From Macrostomum hystrix (taxonomy: Eukaryota; Animalia; Platyhelminthes): a DNA stretch of 64,000 bases. This document shows positions 14,135-27,897 of this stretch, one piece after another. The notes beneath the pieces are model-generated. The model was not told where the DNA came from. It saw only the letters and a list, made by a program, of their open reading frames with translations, and ran no database searches. A program made the translations under genes and the position numbers. Each line of letters begins with the position of its first letter. Position 1 is the stretch's first letter. The DNA is taken from the NCBI GenBank assembly GCA_950097015.1, contig CATNEN010000005.1, positions 3,658,001-3,722,000 of the forward strand. Reading direction: 5' to 3'.

Positions 14135-14315
14135 TTCCCACTTATTTTGTTGTCTAGCGGGCAAAGGCTCGAGGTGTCTCGCAAGACAATTGTTTTTGCG
14201 AAAACCTTGTATTTAAGTTATTGAACTAACAGTCCATTATTCGATTCTAAAGAAATTAGTTAGTGAAAACAGACACCTCGAGCGTTTGCCCGCTAGACAA
14301 CAAAATAAGTTGGAA
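14135..14315. repeat. Inverted repeat: 45-bp arms (14135-14179, 14271-14315), 43/45 match, 91-bp spacer
   Basis: TTCCCACTTATTTTGTTGTCTAGCGGGCAAAGGCTCGAGGTGTCT versus AGACACCTCGAGCGTTTGCCCGCTAGACAACAAAATAAGTTGGAA. Confidence 0.95.
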
Positions 14316-14530
14316 AAGTGGTATGTATCCCCCGTAATTGCAACGGGCAACTTAGCAAAAAGTTAAAGGGGAACTAAAGTACTAAAGAGCTAGAAAAGGA
14401 CACCGAGTGCCTTTGCCCCTAGACAACAATTTGAATTTATCAGCCTGCGGGGGAGCGGGAAATAAAATATTTATTCACCTAGGGAAATAAATGAAAACAT
14501 GCGTTACATAGACACTCGCCCGGGGCAAAA

Positions 14531-14621
14531 GGGGGATACATGTATAATCTTTCCCACTTATTTCGAGTGCCTTTGCACCCTAGACAGCCGAAATAAGTGG
14601 GAAAGATGGTATGTATCCCCC
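14531..14621. repeat. Second inverted repeat, related to the first (arms ~31-33 bp, 27-bp spacer)
   Basis: GGGGGATACATGTATAATCTTTCCCACTTATTT (14531-14563) versus AAATAAGTGGGAAAGATGGTATGTATCCCCC (14591-14621). Confidence 0.9.
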
Positions 14622-14775
14622 ACTTGGCTGCCGACTTTCATTGCACTTTAAGTCTTCTGTTTCTTGCTACGCTCTGTCTGTAGTCTATGGTGAAAATCAA
14701 AATCCGAGAGGAGGGTAGACGCTAAAAAGACAGCCTTTATGCGAAAAAGACAGAACAGGACAGAATAGCAGACGC

Positions 14776-15345
14776 TTGTATATGTCTAGCCCTCGATTTG
14801 AAAGCTTGACTGAGGCCGAGGCGGAGGCCATGATTGGCGGCACGGTCCCTCCGAACACCGTAAAGAAATGCGAGTGGATGCTGTCTACTTTCAATGAATG
14901 GCACGCGTTTAAGAAGCAAGAATGGGCGACGAATGGTGGACCATCCATCATGGTTATCAAGGACATGGATGAGTTTGACAAGACGGACCTGAACTTTCTC
15001 CTGAAGTTGTTTATCCTGGAGGTCCGGACAAAACGGAACGAACGGTACTCGGCTGGTACCCTGAAGGACTTCTTCTCAATGCTACAATACCAAATGCGCA
15101 ACGTGCATCGCAAGGACTGGTGCCTCTGGACGAATGTCGAGTTTGCCGAGTGCAGAAGAGCGTTGGACGCTGCTATGAAGCTATCAACTGCTGAGGGCAA
15201 GGGCGTCGGGCTCAAGAAGTCTGACCCGGTGTCAAAGCCCATCGAAGATGACTGCTGGACGGAGGGTGTGTTTGGTTCCGAGCGTTCTCGTTTTGCACTT
15301 TCTTTGTTTATTTCCCCAGACGTGTGTGACTTATGTCTGTGGTAA
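14776..15345 (+). mobile_element. Crypton/DUF3504-type tyrosine recombinase N-terminal fragment B, truncated (non-autonomous derivative)
   Basis: RFESLTEAE...VPPNTVKKCEWMLSTFNEW...DLNFLLKLFILEVRTKRNERYSAGTL..FFSMLQYQMR...EFAECRRALDAAMKLSTAEGKG...KKSDPVS...EDDCW.EGVFG is typical of the region just upstream of DUF3504. Coding character is lost at about 15290, before the catalytic residues. Confidence 0.75.
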
Positions 15346-15465
15346 AAGTTCTGTTTCGCGCGGGGGCGCGGGAAATAAATGACTTATTGCCCTAGGGCAA
15401 ATAAACGAAACGCGTTACGACATAGACAATGTTGGCGGGCAAGTGGGGGATACATCATTCTCACT

Positions 15466-18400
15466 AGTAATGAGACAAGGGAAATGGAGACACGGAATAG
15501 ATGAGACACGGAGTAATGAGACAAGGGAAATGGAGACACGGAATAGATGAGACACGGAGTAATGAGACAAGGGAAATGGAGACACGGAATAGATGAGACA
15601 CGGAGTAATGAGACAAGGGAAATGGAGACACGGAATAGATGAGACACGGAGTAATGAGACAAGGGAAATGGAGACACGGAATAGATGAGACACGGAGTAA
15701 TGAGACAAGGGAAATGGAGACACGGAATAGATGAGACACGGAGTAATGAGACAAGGGAAATGGAGACACGGAATAGATGAGACACGGAGTAATGAGACAG
15801 GGAAATGGAGACACGGAATAGATGAGACACGGAGTAATGAGACAAGGGAAATGGAGACACGGAATAGATGAGACACGGAATAATGAGACAAGGGAAATGG
15901 AGACACGGAATAGATGAGGACACGGAGTAATGAGACAAGGGAAATGGAGACACGGAATAGATGAGACACGGAGTAATGAGACAAGGGAAATGGAGAGGAA
16001 TAGATGAGACACGGAGGTAATGAGACAAGGGAAATGGAGACACGGAATAACTGAGACACGGAATAATGAGACAAGGGAAATGGAGACACGGAATAACTGA
16101 GACACGGAGTAATGAGACAAGGGAAATGGAGACACGGAATAACTGAGACACGGAATAATGAGACAAGGGGAAATGGAGACACGGAATAACTGAGACACGG
16201 AGTAATGAGACAAGGGAAATGGAGACACGGAATAGATGAGACACGGAGTAATGAGACAAGGGAAATGGAGACACGGAATAGATGAGACACGGAGTAATGA
16301 GACAAGGGAAATGGAGACACGGAATAACTGAGACACGGAATAATGAGACAAGGGAAATGGAGACACGGAATAACTGAGACACGGAATAATGAGACAAGGG
16401 AAATGGAGACACGGAATAGATGAGACACGGAGTAATGAGACAAGGGAAATGGAGGACACGGAATAACTGAGACACGGAATAATGAGACAAGGGAAATGGA
16501 GACACGGAATAGATGAGACACGGAGTAATGAGACAAGGGAAATGGAGACACGGAATAACTGAGACACGGAGTAATGAGACAAGGGAAATGGAGACACGGA
16601 ATAGATGAGACACGGAGTAATGAGACAAGGGAAATGGAGACACGGAATAGATGAGACACGGAGTAATGAGACAAGGGAAATGGAGACACGGAATAACTGA
16701 GACACGGAATAATGAGACAAGGGAAATGGAGACACGGAATAGATGAGACACGGAGTAATGAGACAAGGGAAATGGAGACACGGAATAACTGAGACACGGA
16801 GTAATGAGACAAGGGAAATGGAGACACGGAATAGATGAGACACGGAGTAATGAGACAAGGGAAATGGAGACACGGAATAGATGAGACACGGAGTAATGAG
16901 ACAAGGGAAATGGAGACACGGAATAGATGAGACACGGAGTAATGAGACAAGGGAAATGGAGACACGGAATAGATGAGACACGGAGTAATGAGACAAGGGA
17001 AATGGAGACACGGAATAGATGAGACACGGAGTAATGAGACAAGGGAAATGGAGACACGGAATAACTGAGACACGGAGTAATGAGACAAGGGAAATGGAGA
17101 CACGGAATAGATGAGACACGGAGTAATGAGACAAGGGAAATGGAGACACGGAATAGATGAGACACGGAGTAATGAGACAAGGGAAATGGAGACACGGAAT
17201 AGATGAGACACGGAATAATGAGACAAGGGAAATGGAGACACGGAATAGATGAGACACGGAGTAATGAGACAAGGGAAATGGAGACACGGAATAGATGAGA
17301 CACGGAGTAATGAGACAAGGGAAATGGAGACACGGAATAGATGAGACACGGAGTAATGAGACAAGGGAAATGGAGACACGGAATAACTGAGACACGGAAT
17401 AATGAGACAAGGGAAATGGAGACACGGAATAACTGAGACACGGAGTAATGAGACAAGGGAAATGGAGACACGGAATAACTGAGACACGGAATAATGAGAC
17501 AAGGGAAATGGAGACACGGAATAACTGAGACACGGAGTAATGAGACAAGGGAAATGGAGACACGGAATAGATGAGACACGGAGTAATGAGACAAGGGAAA
17601 TGGAGACACGGAATAGATGAGACACGGAGTAATGAGACAAGGGAAATGGAGACACGGAATAACTGAGACACGGAATAATGAGACAAGGGAAATGGAGACA
17701 CGGAATAACTGAGACACGGAGTAATGAGACAAGGGAAATGGAGACACGGAATAGATGAGACACGGAGTAATGAGACAAGGGAAATGGAGACACGGAATAG
17801 ATGAGACACGGAGTAATGAGACAAGGGAAATGGAGACACGGAATAACTGAGACACGGAGAGATGAGACAAGCGAAATGGAGACACGGAATAGATGAGACA
17901 CGGAGTAATGAGACAAGGGAAATGGAGACACGGAATAGATGAGACACGGAGTAATGAGACAAGGGAAATGGAGACACGGAATAGATGAGACACGGATAAT
18001 GAGACAAGGGAAATGGAGACACGGAATAAACTGAGACACGGAATAATGAGACAAGGGAAATGGAGACACGGAATAACTGAGACACGGAGTAATGAGACAA
18101 GGGAAATGGAGACACGGAATAGATGAGACACGGAGTAATGAGACAAGGGAAATGGAGACACGGAATAGATGAGACCCGGAGTAATGAGACAAGGGAAATG
18201 GAGACACGGAATAGATGAGACACGGAGTAATGAGACAAGGGAAATGGAGACACGGAATAGATGAGACACGGAGTAATGAGACAAGGGAAATGGAGACACG
18301 GAATAGATGAGACACGGAGTAATGAGACAAGGGAAATGGAGACACGGAATAGATGAGACACGGAGTAATGAGACAAGGGAAATGGAGACACGGAATAACT

Positions 18401-21400
18401 GAGACACGGAGTAATGAGACAAGCGAAATGGAGACACGGAATAGATGAGACACGGAGTAATGAGACAAGGGAAATGGAGACACGGAATAGATGAGACACG
18501 GAGTAATGAGACAAGGGAAATGGAGACACGGAATAACTGAGACACGGAATAATGAGACAAGGGAAATGGAGACACGGAATAGATGAGACACGGAGTAATG
18601 AGACAAGGGAAATGGAGACACGGAATAACTGAGACACGGAGTAATGAGACAAGGGAAATGGAGACACGGAATAGATGAGACACGGAGTAATGAGACAAGG
18701 GAAATGGAGACACGGAATAGATGAGACACGGAGTAATGAGACAAGGGAAATGGAGACACGGAATAACTGAGACACGGAATAATGAGACAAGGGAAATGGA
18801 GACACGGAATAGATGAGACACGGAGTAATGAGACAAGGGAAATGGAGACACGGAATAACTGAGACACGGAGTAATGAGACAAGGGAAATGGAGACATGGA
18901 ATAGATGAGACACGGAGTAATGAGACAAGGGAAATGGAGACACGGAATAGATGAGACACGGAGTAATGAGACAAGGGAAATGGAGACACGGAATAGATGA
19001 GACACGGAGTAATGAGACAAGGGAAATGGAGACACGGAATAGATGAGACACGGAGTAATGAGACAAGGGAAATGGAGACACGGAATAGATGAGACACGGA
19101 GTAATGAGACAAGGGAAATGGAGACACGGAATAGATGAGACACGGAGTAATGAGACAAGGGAAATGGAGACACGGAATAGATGAGACACGGAGTAATGAG
19201 ACAAGGGAAATGGAGACACGGAATAGATGAGACACGGAGTAATGAGACAAGGGAAATGGAGACACGGAATAGATGAGACACGGAATAATGAGACAAGGGA
19301 AATGGAGACACGGAATAGATGAGACACGGAGTAATGAGACAAGGGAAATGGAGACACGGAATAGATGAGACACGGAGTAATGAGACAAGGGAAATGGAGA
19401 CACGGAATAGATGAGACACGGAGTAATGAGACAAGGGAAATGGAGACACGGAATAACTGAGACACGGAATAATGAGACAAGGGAAATGGAGACACGGAAT
19501 AACTGAGACACGGAGTAATGAGACAAGGGAAATGGAGACACGGAATAGATGAGACACGGAGAGATGAGACAAGCGAAATGGAGACACGGAATAGATGAGA
19601 CACGGAGTAATGAGACAAGGGAAATGGAGACACGGAATAGATGAGACACGGAGTAATGAGACAAGGGAAATGGAGACACGGAATAGATGAGACACGGAGA
19701 GATGAGACAAGCGAAATGGAGACACGGAATAGATGAGACACGGAGTAATGAGACAAGGGAAATGGAGACACGGAATAGATGAGACACGGAGTAATGAGAC
19801 AAGGGAAATGGAGACACGGAATAGATGAGACACGGAGTAATGAGACAAGGGAAATGGAGACACGGAATAGATGAGACACGGAGAGATGAGACAAGCGAAA
19901 TGGAGACACGGAATAGATGAGACACGGAGTAATGAGACAAGGGAAATGGAGACACGGAATAGATGAGACACGGAGTAATGAGACAAGGGAAATGGAGACA
20001 CGGAATAGATGAGACACGGAGAGATGAGACAAGCGAAATGGAGACACGGAATAGATGAGACACGGAGTAATGAGACAAGGGAAATGGAGACACGGAATAG
20101 ATGAGACACGGAGTAATGAGACAAGGGAAATGGAGACACGGAATAGATGAGACACGGAGTAATGAGACAAGGGAAATGGAGACACGGAATAGATGAGACA
20201 CGGAGTAATGAGACAAGGGAAATGGAGACACGGAATAACTGAGACACGGAATAATGAGACAAGGGAAATGGAGACACGGAATAACTGAGACACGGAGTAA
20301 TGAGACAAGGGAAATGGAGACACGGAATAGATGAGACACGGAGTAATGAGACAAGGGAAATGGAGACACGGAATAGATGAGACACGGAGTAATGAGACAA
20401 GGGAAATGGAGACACGGAATAGATGAGACACGGAGTAATGAGACAAGGGAAATGGAGACACGGAATAGATGAGACACGGAGTAATGAGACAAGGGAAATG
20501 GAGACACGGAATAGATGAGACACGGAGTAATGAGACAAGGGAAATGGAGACACGGAATAGATGAGACACGGAGTAATGAGACAAGGGAAATGGAGACACG
20601 GAATAACTGAGACACGGAATAATGAGACAAGGGAAATGGAGACACGGAATAACTGAGACACGGAGTAATGAGACAAGGGAAATGGAGACACGGAATAGAT
20701 GAGACACGGAGTAATGAGACAAGGGAAATGGAGACACGGAATAGATGAGACACGGAGTAATGAGACAAGGGAAATGGAGACACGGAATAGATGAGACACG
20801 GAGTAATGAGACAAGGGAAATGGAGACACGGAATAGATGAGACACGGAGTAATGAGACATGGGAAATGGAGACACGGAATAGATGAGACACGGAGTAATG
20901 AGACAAGGGAAATGGAGACACGGAATAACTGAGACACGGAGTAATGAGACAAGGGAAATGGAGACACGGAATAGATGAGACACGGAGTAATGAGACAAGG
21001 GAAATGGAGACACGGAATAGATGAGACACGGAGTAATGAGACAAGGGAAATGGAGACACGGAATAGATGAGACACGGAGTAATGAGACAAGGGAAATGGA
21101 GACACGGAATAGATGAGACACGGAGTAATGAGACAAGGGAAATGGAGACACGGAATAGATGAGACACGGAGTAATGAGACAAGGGAAATGGAGACACGGA
21201 ATAGATGAGACACGGAGTAATGAGACAAGGGAAATGGAGACACGGAATAACTGAGACACGGAATAATGAGACAAGGGAAATGGAGACACGGAATAACTGA
21301 GACACGGAGTAATGAGACAAGGGAAATGGAGACACGGAATAGATGAGACAGGGAGTAATGAGACAAGGGAAATGGAGACACGGAATAGATGAGACACGGA

Positions 21401-24400
21401 GTAATGAGACAAGGGAAATGGAGACACGGAATAACTGAGACACGGAATAATGAGACAAGGGAAATGGAGACACGGAATAGATGAGACACGGAGTAATGAG
21501 ACAAGGGAAATGGAGACACGGAATAACTGAGACACGGAGTAATGAGACAAGGGAAATGGAGACACGGAATAGATGAGACACGGAGTAATGAGACAAGGGA
21601 AATGGAGACACGGAATAGATGAGACACGGAGTAATGAGACAAGGGAAATGGAGACACGGAATAGATGAGACACGGAGTAATGAGACAAGGGAAATGGAGA
21701 CACGGAATAACTGAGACACGGAATAATGAGACAAGGGAAATGGAGACACGGAATAGATGAGACACGGAGTAATGAGACAAGGGAAATGGAGACACGGAAT
21801 AGATGAGACACGGAGAGATGAGACAAGCGAAATGGAGACACGGAATAGATGAGACACGGAGTAATGAGACAAGGGAAATGGAGACACGGAATAGATGAGA
21901 CACGGAATAATGAGACAAGGGAAATGGAGACACGGAATAGATGAGACACGGAGTAATGAGACAAGGGAAATGGAGACACGGAATAGATGAGACACGGAGT
22001 AATGAGACAAGGGAAATGGAGACACGGAATAGATGAGACACGGAGAGATGAGACAAGCGAAATGGAGACACGGAATAGATGAGACACGGAGTAATGAGAC
22101 AAGGGAAATGGAGACACGGAATAGATGAGACACGGAGTAATGAGACAAGGGAAATGGAGACACGGAATAGATGAGACACGGAGTAATGAGACAAGGGAAA
22201 TGGAGACACGGAATAGATGAGACACGGAGTAATGAGACAAGGGAAATGGAGACACGGAATAGATGAGACACGGAGTAATGAGACAAGGGAAATGGAGACA
22301 CGGAATAACTGAGACACGGAGTAATGAGACAAGGGAAATGGAGACACGGAATAGATGAGACACGGAGAGATGAGACAAGCGAAATGGAGACACGGAATAG
22401 ATGAGACACGGAGTAATGAGACAAGGGAAATGGAGACACGGAATAGATGAGACACGGAGTAATGAGACAAGGGAAATGGAGACACGGAATAGATGAGACA
22501 CGGAGTAATGAGACAAGGGAAATGGAGACACGGAATAGATGAGACACGGAGTAATGAGACAAGGGAAATGGAGACACGGAATAACTGAGACACGGAGTAA
22601 TGAGACAAGGGAAATGGAGACACGGAATAGATGAGACACGGAGTAATGAGACAAGGGAAATGGAGACACGGAATAGATGAGACACGGAGTAATGAGACAA
22701 GGGAAATGGAGACACGGAATAGATGAGACACGGAGAGATGAGACAAGCGAAATGGAGACACGGAATAGATGAGACACGGAGTAATGAGACAAGGGAAATG
22801 GAGACACGGAATAGATGAGACACGGAGTAATGAGACAAGGGAAATGGAGACACGGAATAGATGAGACACGGAGAGATGAGACAAGCGAAATGGAGACACG
22901 GAATAGATGAGACACGGAGTAATGAGACAAGGGAAATGGAGACACGGAATAGATGAGACACGGAGTAATGAGACAAGGGAAATGGAGACACGGAATAGAT
23001 GAGACACGGAGTAATGAGACAAGGGAAATGGAGACACGGAATAGATGAGACACGGAGTAATGAGACAAGGGAAATGGAGACACGGAATAACTGAGACACG
23101 GAATAATGAGACAAGGGAAATGGAGACACGGAATAACTGAGACACGGAGTAATGAGACAAGGGAAATGGAGACACGGAATAGATGAGACACGGAGTAATG
23201 AGACAAGGGAAATGGAGACACGGAATAGATGAGACACGGAGTAATGAGACAAGGGAAATGGAGACACGGAATAGATGAGACACGGAGTAATGAGACAAGG
23301 GAAATGGAGACACGGAATAGATGAGACACGGAGTAATGAGACAAGGGAAATGGAGACACGGAATAGATGAGACACGGAGTAATGAGACAAGGGAAATGGA
23401 GACACGGAATAGATGAGACACGGAGTAATGAGACAAGGGAAATGGAGACACGGAATAACTGAGACACGGAATAATGAGACAAGGGAAATGGAGACACGGA
23501 ATAACTGAGACACGGAGTAATGAGACAAGGGAAATGGAGACACGGAATAGATGAGACACGGAGTAATGAGACAAGGGAAATGGAGACACGGAATAGATGA
23601 GACACGGAGTAATGAGACAAGGGAAATGGAGACACGGAATAGATGAGACACGGAGTAATGAGACAAGGGAAATGGAGACACGGAATAGATGAGACACGGA
23701 GTAATGAGACATGGGAAATGGAGACACGGAATAGATGAGACACGGAGTAATGAGACAAGGGAAATGGAGACACGGAATAACTGAGACACGGAGTAATGAG
23801 ACAAGGGAAATGGAGACACGGAATAGATGAGACACGGAGTAATGAGACAAGGGAAATGGAGACACGGAATAGATGAGACACGGAGTAATGAGACAAGGGA
23901 AATGGAGACACGGAATAGATGAGACACGGAGTAATGAGACAAGGGAAATGGAGACACGGAATAGATGAGACACGGAGTAATGAGACAAGGGAAATGGAGA
24001 CACGGAATAGATGAGACACGGAGTAATGAGACAAGGGAAATGGAGACACGGAATAGATGAGACACGGAGTAATGAGACAAGGGAAATGGAGACACGGAAT
24101 AACTGAGACACGGAATAATGAGACAAGGGAAATGGAGACACGGAATAACTGAGACACGGAGTAATGAGACAAGGGAAATGGAGACACGGAATAGATGAGA
24201 CACGGAGTAATGAGACAAGGGAAATGGAGACACGGAATAGATGAGACACGGAGTAATGAGACAAGGGAAATGGAGACACGGAATAACTGAGACACGGAAT
24301 AATGAGACAAGGGAAATGGAGACACGGAATAGATGAGACACGGAGTAATGAGACAAGGGAAATGGAGACACGGAATAACTGAGACACGGAGTAATGAGAC

Positions 24401-27400
24401 AAGGGAAATGGAGACACGGAATAGATGAGACACGGAGTAATGAGACAAGGGAAATGGAGACACGGAATAGATGAGACACGGAGTAATGAGACAAGGGAAA
24501 TGGAGACACGGAATAGATGAGACACGGAGTAATGAGACAAGGGAAATGGAGACACGGAATAACTGAGACACGGAATAATGAGACAAGGGAAATGGAGACA
24601 CGGAATAGATGAGACACGGAGTAATGAGACAAGGGAAATGGAGACACGGAATAGATGAGACACGGAGAGATGAGACAAGCGAAATGGAGACACGGAATAG
24701 ATGAGACACGGAGTAATGAGACAAGGGAAATGGAGACACGGAATAGATGAGACACGGAATAATGAGACAAGGGAAATGGAGACACGGAATAGATGAGACA
24801 CGGAGTAATGAGACAAGGGAAATGGAGACACGGAATAGATGAGACACGGAGTAATGAGACAAGGGAAATGGAGACACGGAATAGATGAGACACGGAGAGA
24901 TGAGACAAGCGAAATGGAGACACGGAATAGATGAGACACGGAGTAATGAGACAAGGGAAATGGAGACACGGAATAGATGAGACACGGAGTAATGAGACAA
25001 GGGAAATGGAGACACGGAATAGATGAGACACGGAGTAATGAGACAAGGGAAATGGAGACACGGAATAGATGAGACACGGAGTAATGAGACAAGGGAAATG
25101 GAGACACGGAATAGATGAGACACGGAGTAATGAGACAAGGGAAATGGAGACACGGAATAACTGAGACACGGAGTAATGAGACAAGGGAAATGGAGACACG
25201 GAATAGATGAGACACGGAGAGATGAGACAAGCGAAATGGAGACACGGAATAGATGAGACACGGAGTAATGAGACAAGGGAAATGGAGACACGGAATAGAT
25301 GAGACACGGAGTAATGAGACAAGGGAAATGGAGACACGGAATAGATGAGACACGGAGTAATGAGACAAGGGAAATGGAGACACGGAATAGATGAGACACG
25401 GAGTAATGAGACAAGGGAAATGGAGACACGGAATAACTGAGACACGGAGTAATGAGACAAGGGAAATGGAGACACGGAATAGATGAGACACGGAGAGATG
25501 AGACAAGCGAAATGGAGACACGGAATAGATGAGACACGGAGTAATGAGACAAGGGAAATGGAGACACGGAATAGATGAGACACGGAGTAATGAGACAAGG
25601 GAAATGGAGACACGGAATAGATGAGACACGGAGAGATGAGACAAGCGAAATGGAGACACGGAATAGATGAGACACGGAGTAATGAGACAAGGGAAATGGA
25701 GACACGGAATAGATGAGACACGGAGTAATGAGACAAGGGAAATGGAGACACGGAATAGATGAGACACGGAGTAATGAGACAAGGGAAATGGAGACACGGA
25801 ATAGATGAGACACGGAGTAATGAGACAAGGGAAATGGAGACACGGAATAGATGAGACACGGAGAGATGAGACAAGCGAAATGGAGACACGGAATAGATGA
25901 GACACGGAGTAATGAGACAAGGGAAATGGAGACACGGAATAGATGAGACACGGAGTAATGAGACAAGGGAAATGGAGACACGGAATAGATGAGACACGGA
26001 GTAATGAGACAAGGGAAATGGAGACACGGAATAGATGAGACACGGAGAGATGAGACAAGCGAAATGGAGACACGGAATAGATGAGACACGGAGTAATGAG
26101 ACAAGGGAAATGGAGACACGGAATAGATGAGACACGGAGAGATGAGACAAGCGAAATGGAGACACGGAATAGATGAGACACGGAGTAATGAGACAAGGGA
26201 AATGGAGACACGGAATAGATGAGACACGGAGTAATGAGACAAGGGAAATGGAGACACGGAATAGATGAGACACGGAGTAATGAGACAAGGGAAATGGAGA
26301 CACGGAATAGATGAGACACGGAGAGATGAGACAAGCGAAATGGAGACACGGAATAGATGAGACACGGAGTAATGAGACAAGGGAAATGGAGACACGGAAT
26401 AGATGAGACACGGAATAATGAGACAAGGGAAATGGAGACACGGAATAGATGAGACACGGAGTAATGAGACAAGGGAAATGGAGACACGGAATAGATGAGA
26501 CACGGAGTAATGAGACAAGGGAAATGGAGACACGGAATAGATGAGACACGGAGAGATGAGACAAGCGAAATGGAGACACGGAATAGATGAGACACGGAGT
26601 AATGAGACAAGGGAAATGGAGACACGGAATAGATGAGACACGGAGTAATGAGACAAGGGAAATGGAGACACGGAATAGATGAGACACGGAGTAATGAGAC
26701 AAGGGAAATGGAGACACGGAATAGATGAGACACGGAGTAATGAGACAAGGGAAATGGAGACACGGAATAGATGAGACACGGAGTAATGAGACAAGGGAAA
26801 TGGAGACACGGAATAACTGAGACACGGAGTAATGAGACAAGGGAAATGGAGACACGGAATAGATGAGACACGGAGAGATGAGACAAGCGAAATGGAGACA
26901 CGGAATAGATGAGACACGGAGTAATGAGACAAGGGAAATGGAGACACGGAATAGATGAGACACGGAGTAATGAGACAAGGGAAATGGAGACACGGAATAG
27001 ATGAGACACGGAGTAATGAGACAAGGGAAATGGAGACACGGAATAGATGAGACACGGAGAGATGAGACAAGCGAAATGGAGACACGGAATAGATGAGACA
27101 CGGAGTAATGAGACAAGGGAAATGGAGACACGGAATAGATGAGACACGGAATAATGAGACAAGGGAAATGGAGACACGGAATAGATGAGACACGGAGTAA
27201 TGAGACAAGGGAAATGGAGACACGGAATAGATGAGACACGGAGTAATGAGACAAGGGAAATGGAGACACGGAATAGATGAGACACGGAGAGATGAGACAA
27301 GCGAAATGGAGACACGGAATAGATGAGACACGGAGTAATGAGACAAGGGAAATGGAGACACGGAATAGATGAGACACGGAGTAATGAGACAAGGGAAATG

Positions 27401-27818
27401 GAGACACGGAATAGATGAGACACGGAGTAATGAGACAAGGGAAATGGAGACACGGAATAGATGAGACACGGAGTAATGAGACAAGGGAAATGGAGACACG
27501 GAATAGATGAGACACGGAGTAATGAGACAAGGGAAATGGAGACACGGAATAACTGAGACACGGAGTAATGAGACAAGGGAAATGGAGACACGGAATAGAT
27601 GAGACACGGAGAGATGAGACAAGCGAAATGGAGACACGGAATAGATGAGACACGGAGTAATGAGACAAGGGAAATGGAGACACGGAATAGATGAGACACG
27701 GAGTAATGAGACAAGGGAAATGGAGACACGGAATAGATGAGACACGGAGTAATGAGACAAGGGAAATGGAGACACGGAATAGATGAGACACGGAGTAATG
27801 AGACAAGGGAAATGGAGA
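15466..27818 (+). repeat. 46-bp tandem satellite, array 2 (~12.35 kb, ~268 monomers)
   Basis: Same monomer and orientation as array 1. Variant monomers include ATAACTGAG, GGAATAATG and GGAGAGATGAGACAAGCGAAA. Confidence 0.99.
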
Positions 27819-27897
27819 ACGCTTGAAATTAGATTAACAGTTGCTTAGTAGCTTAAAAATGGCTTAGCTTTTTATTCAACTATTTTGTTCCTGTAAC

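Larger units (their letters stand above)
14447..15465 (+). repeat. Diverged ~110-bp direct repeats (14447-14560, 15360-15465) flanking Crypton-like fragment B
   Basis: Both read GCGGGGG.GCGGGAAATAAA...TTATT..CCTAGGG..AAATAAA.GAAAC..GCGTTAC..ATAGACA...GGCAA..GGGGGATACAT...TT.CACT. The core is palindromic (TTGCCCTAGGGCAA in the right copy). Confidence 0.85.

Noticed and set aside
14591-14610. Satellite monomer derived from the Crypton palindrome arm (GGGAAAGATGG/AGACA versus GGGAAATGG/AGACA)
   Set aside because: The similarity is too short and purine-biased to support without statistics.
15384-27806. Three ~4100-aa minus-strand ORFs
   Set aside because: All three frames give the same 46-aa cycle (3 x 46 nt). 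The purine-rich + strand lacks TTA/CTA/TCA, so the absence of stops is compositional and there is no evidence of coding.
1-27818. CRISPR-like array
   Set aside because: There are no unique spacers and no cas genes, and the context is eukaryotic; these are plain tandem monomers.
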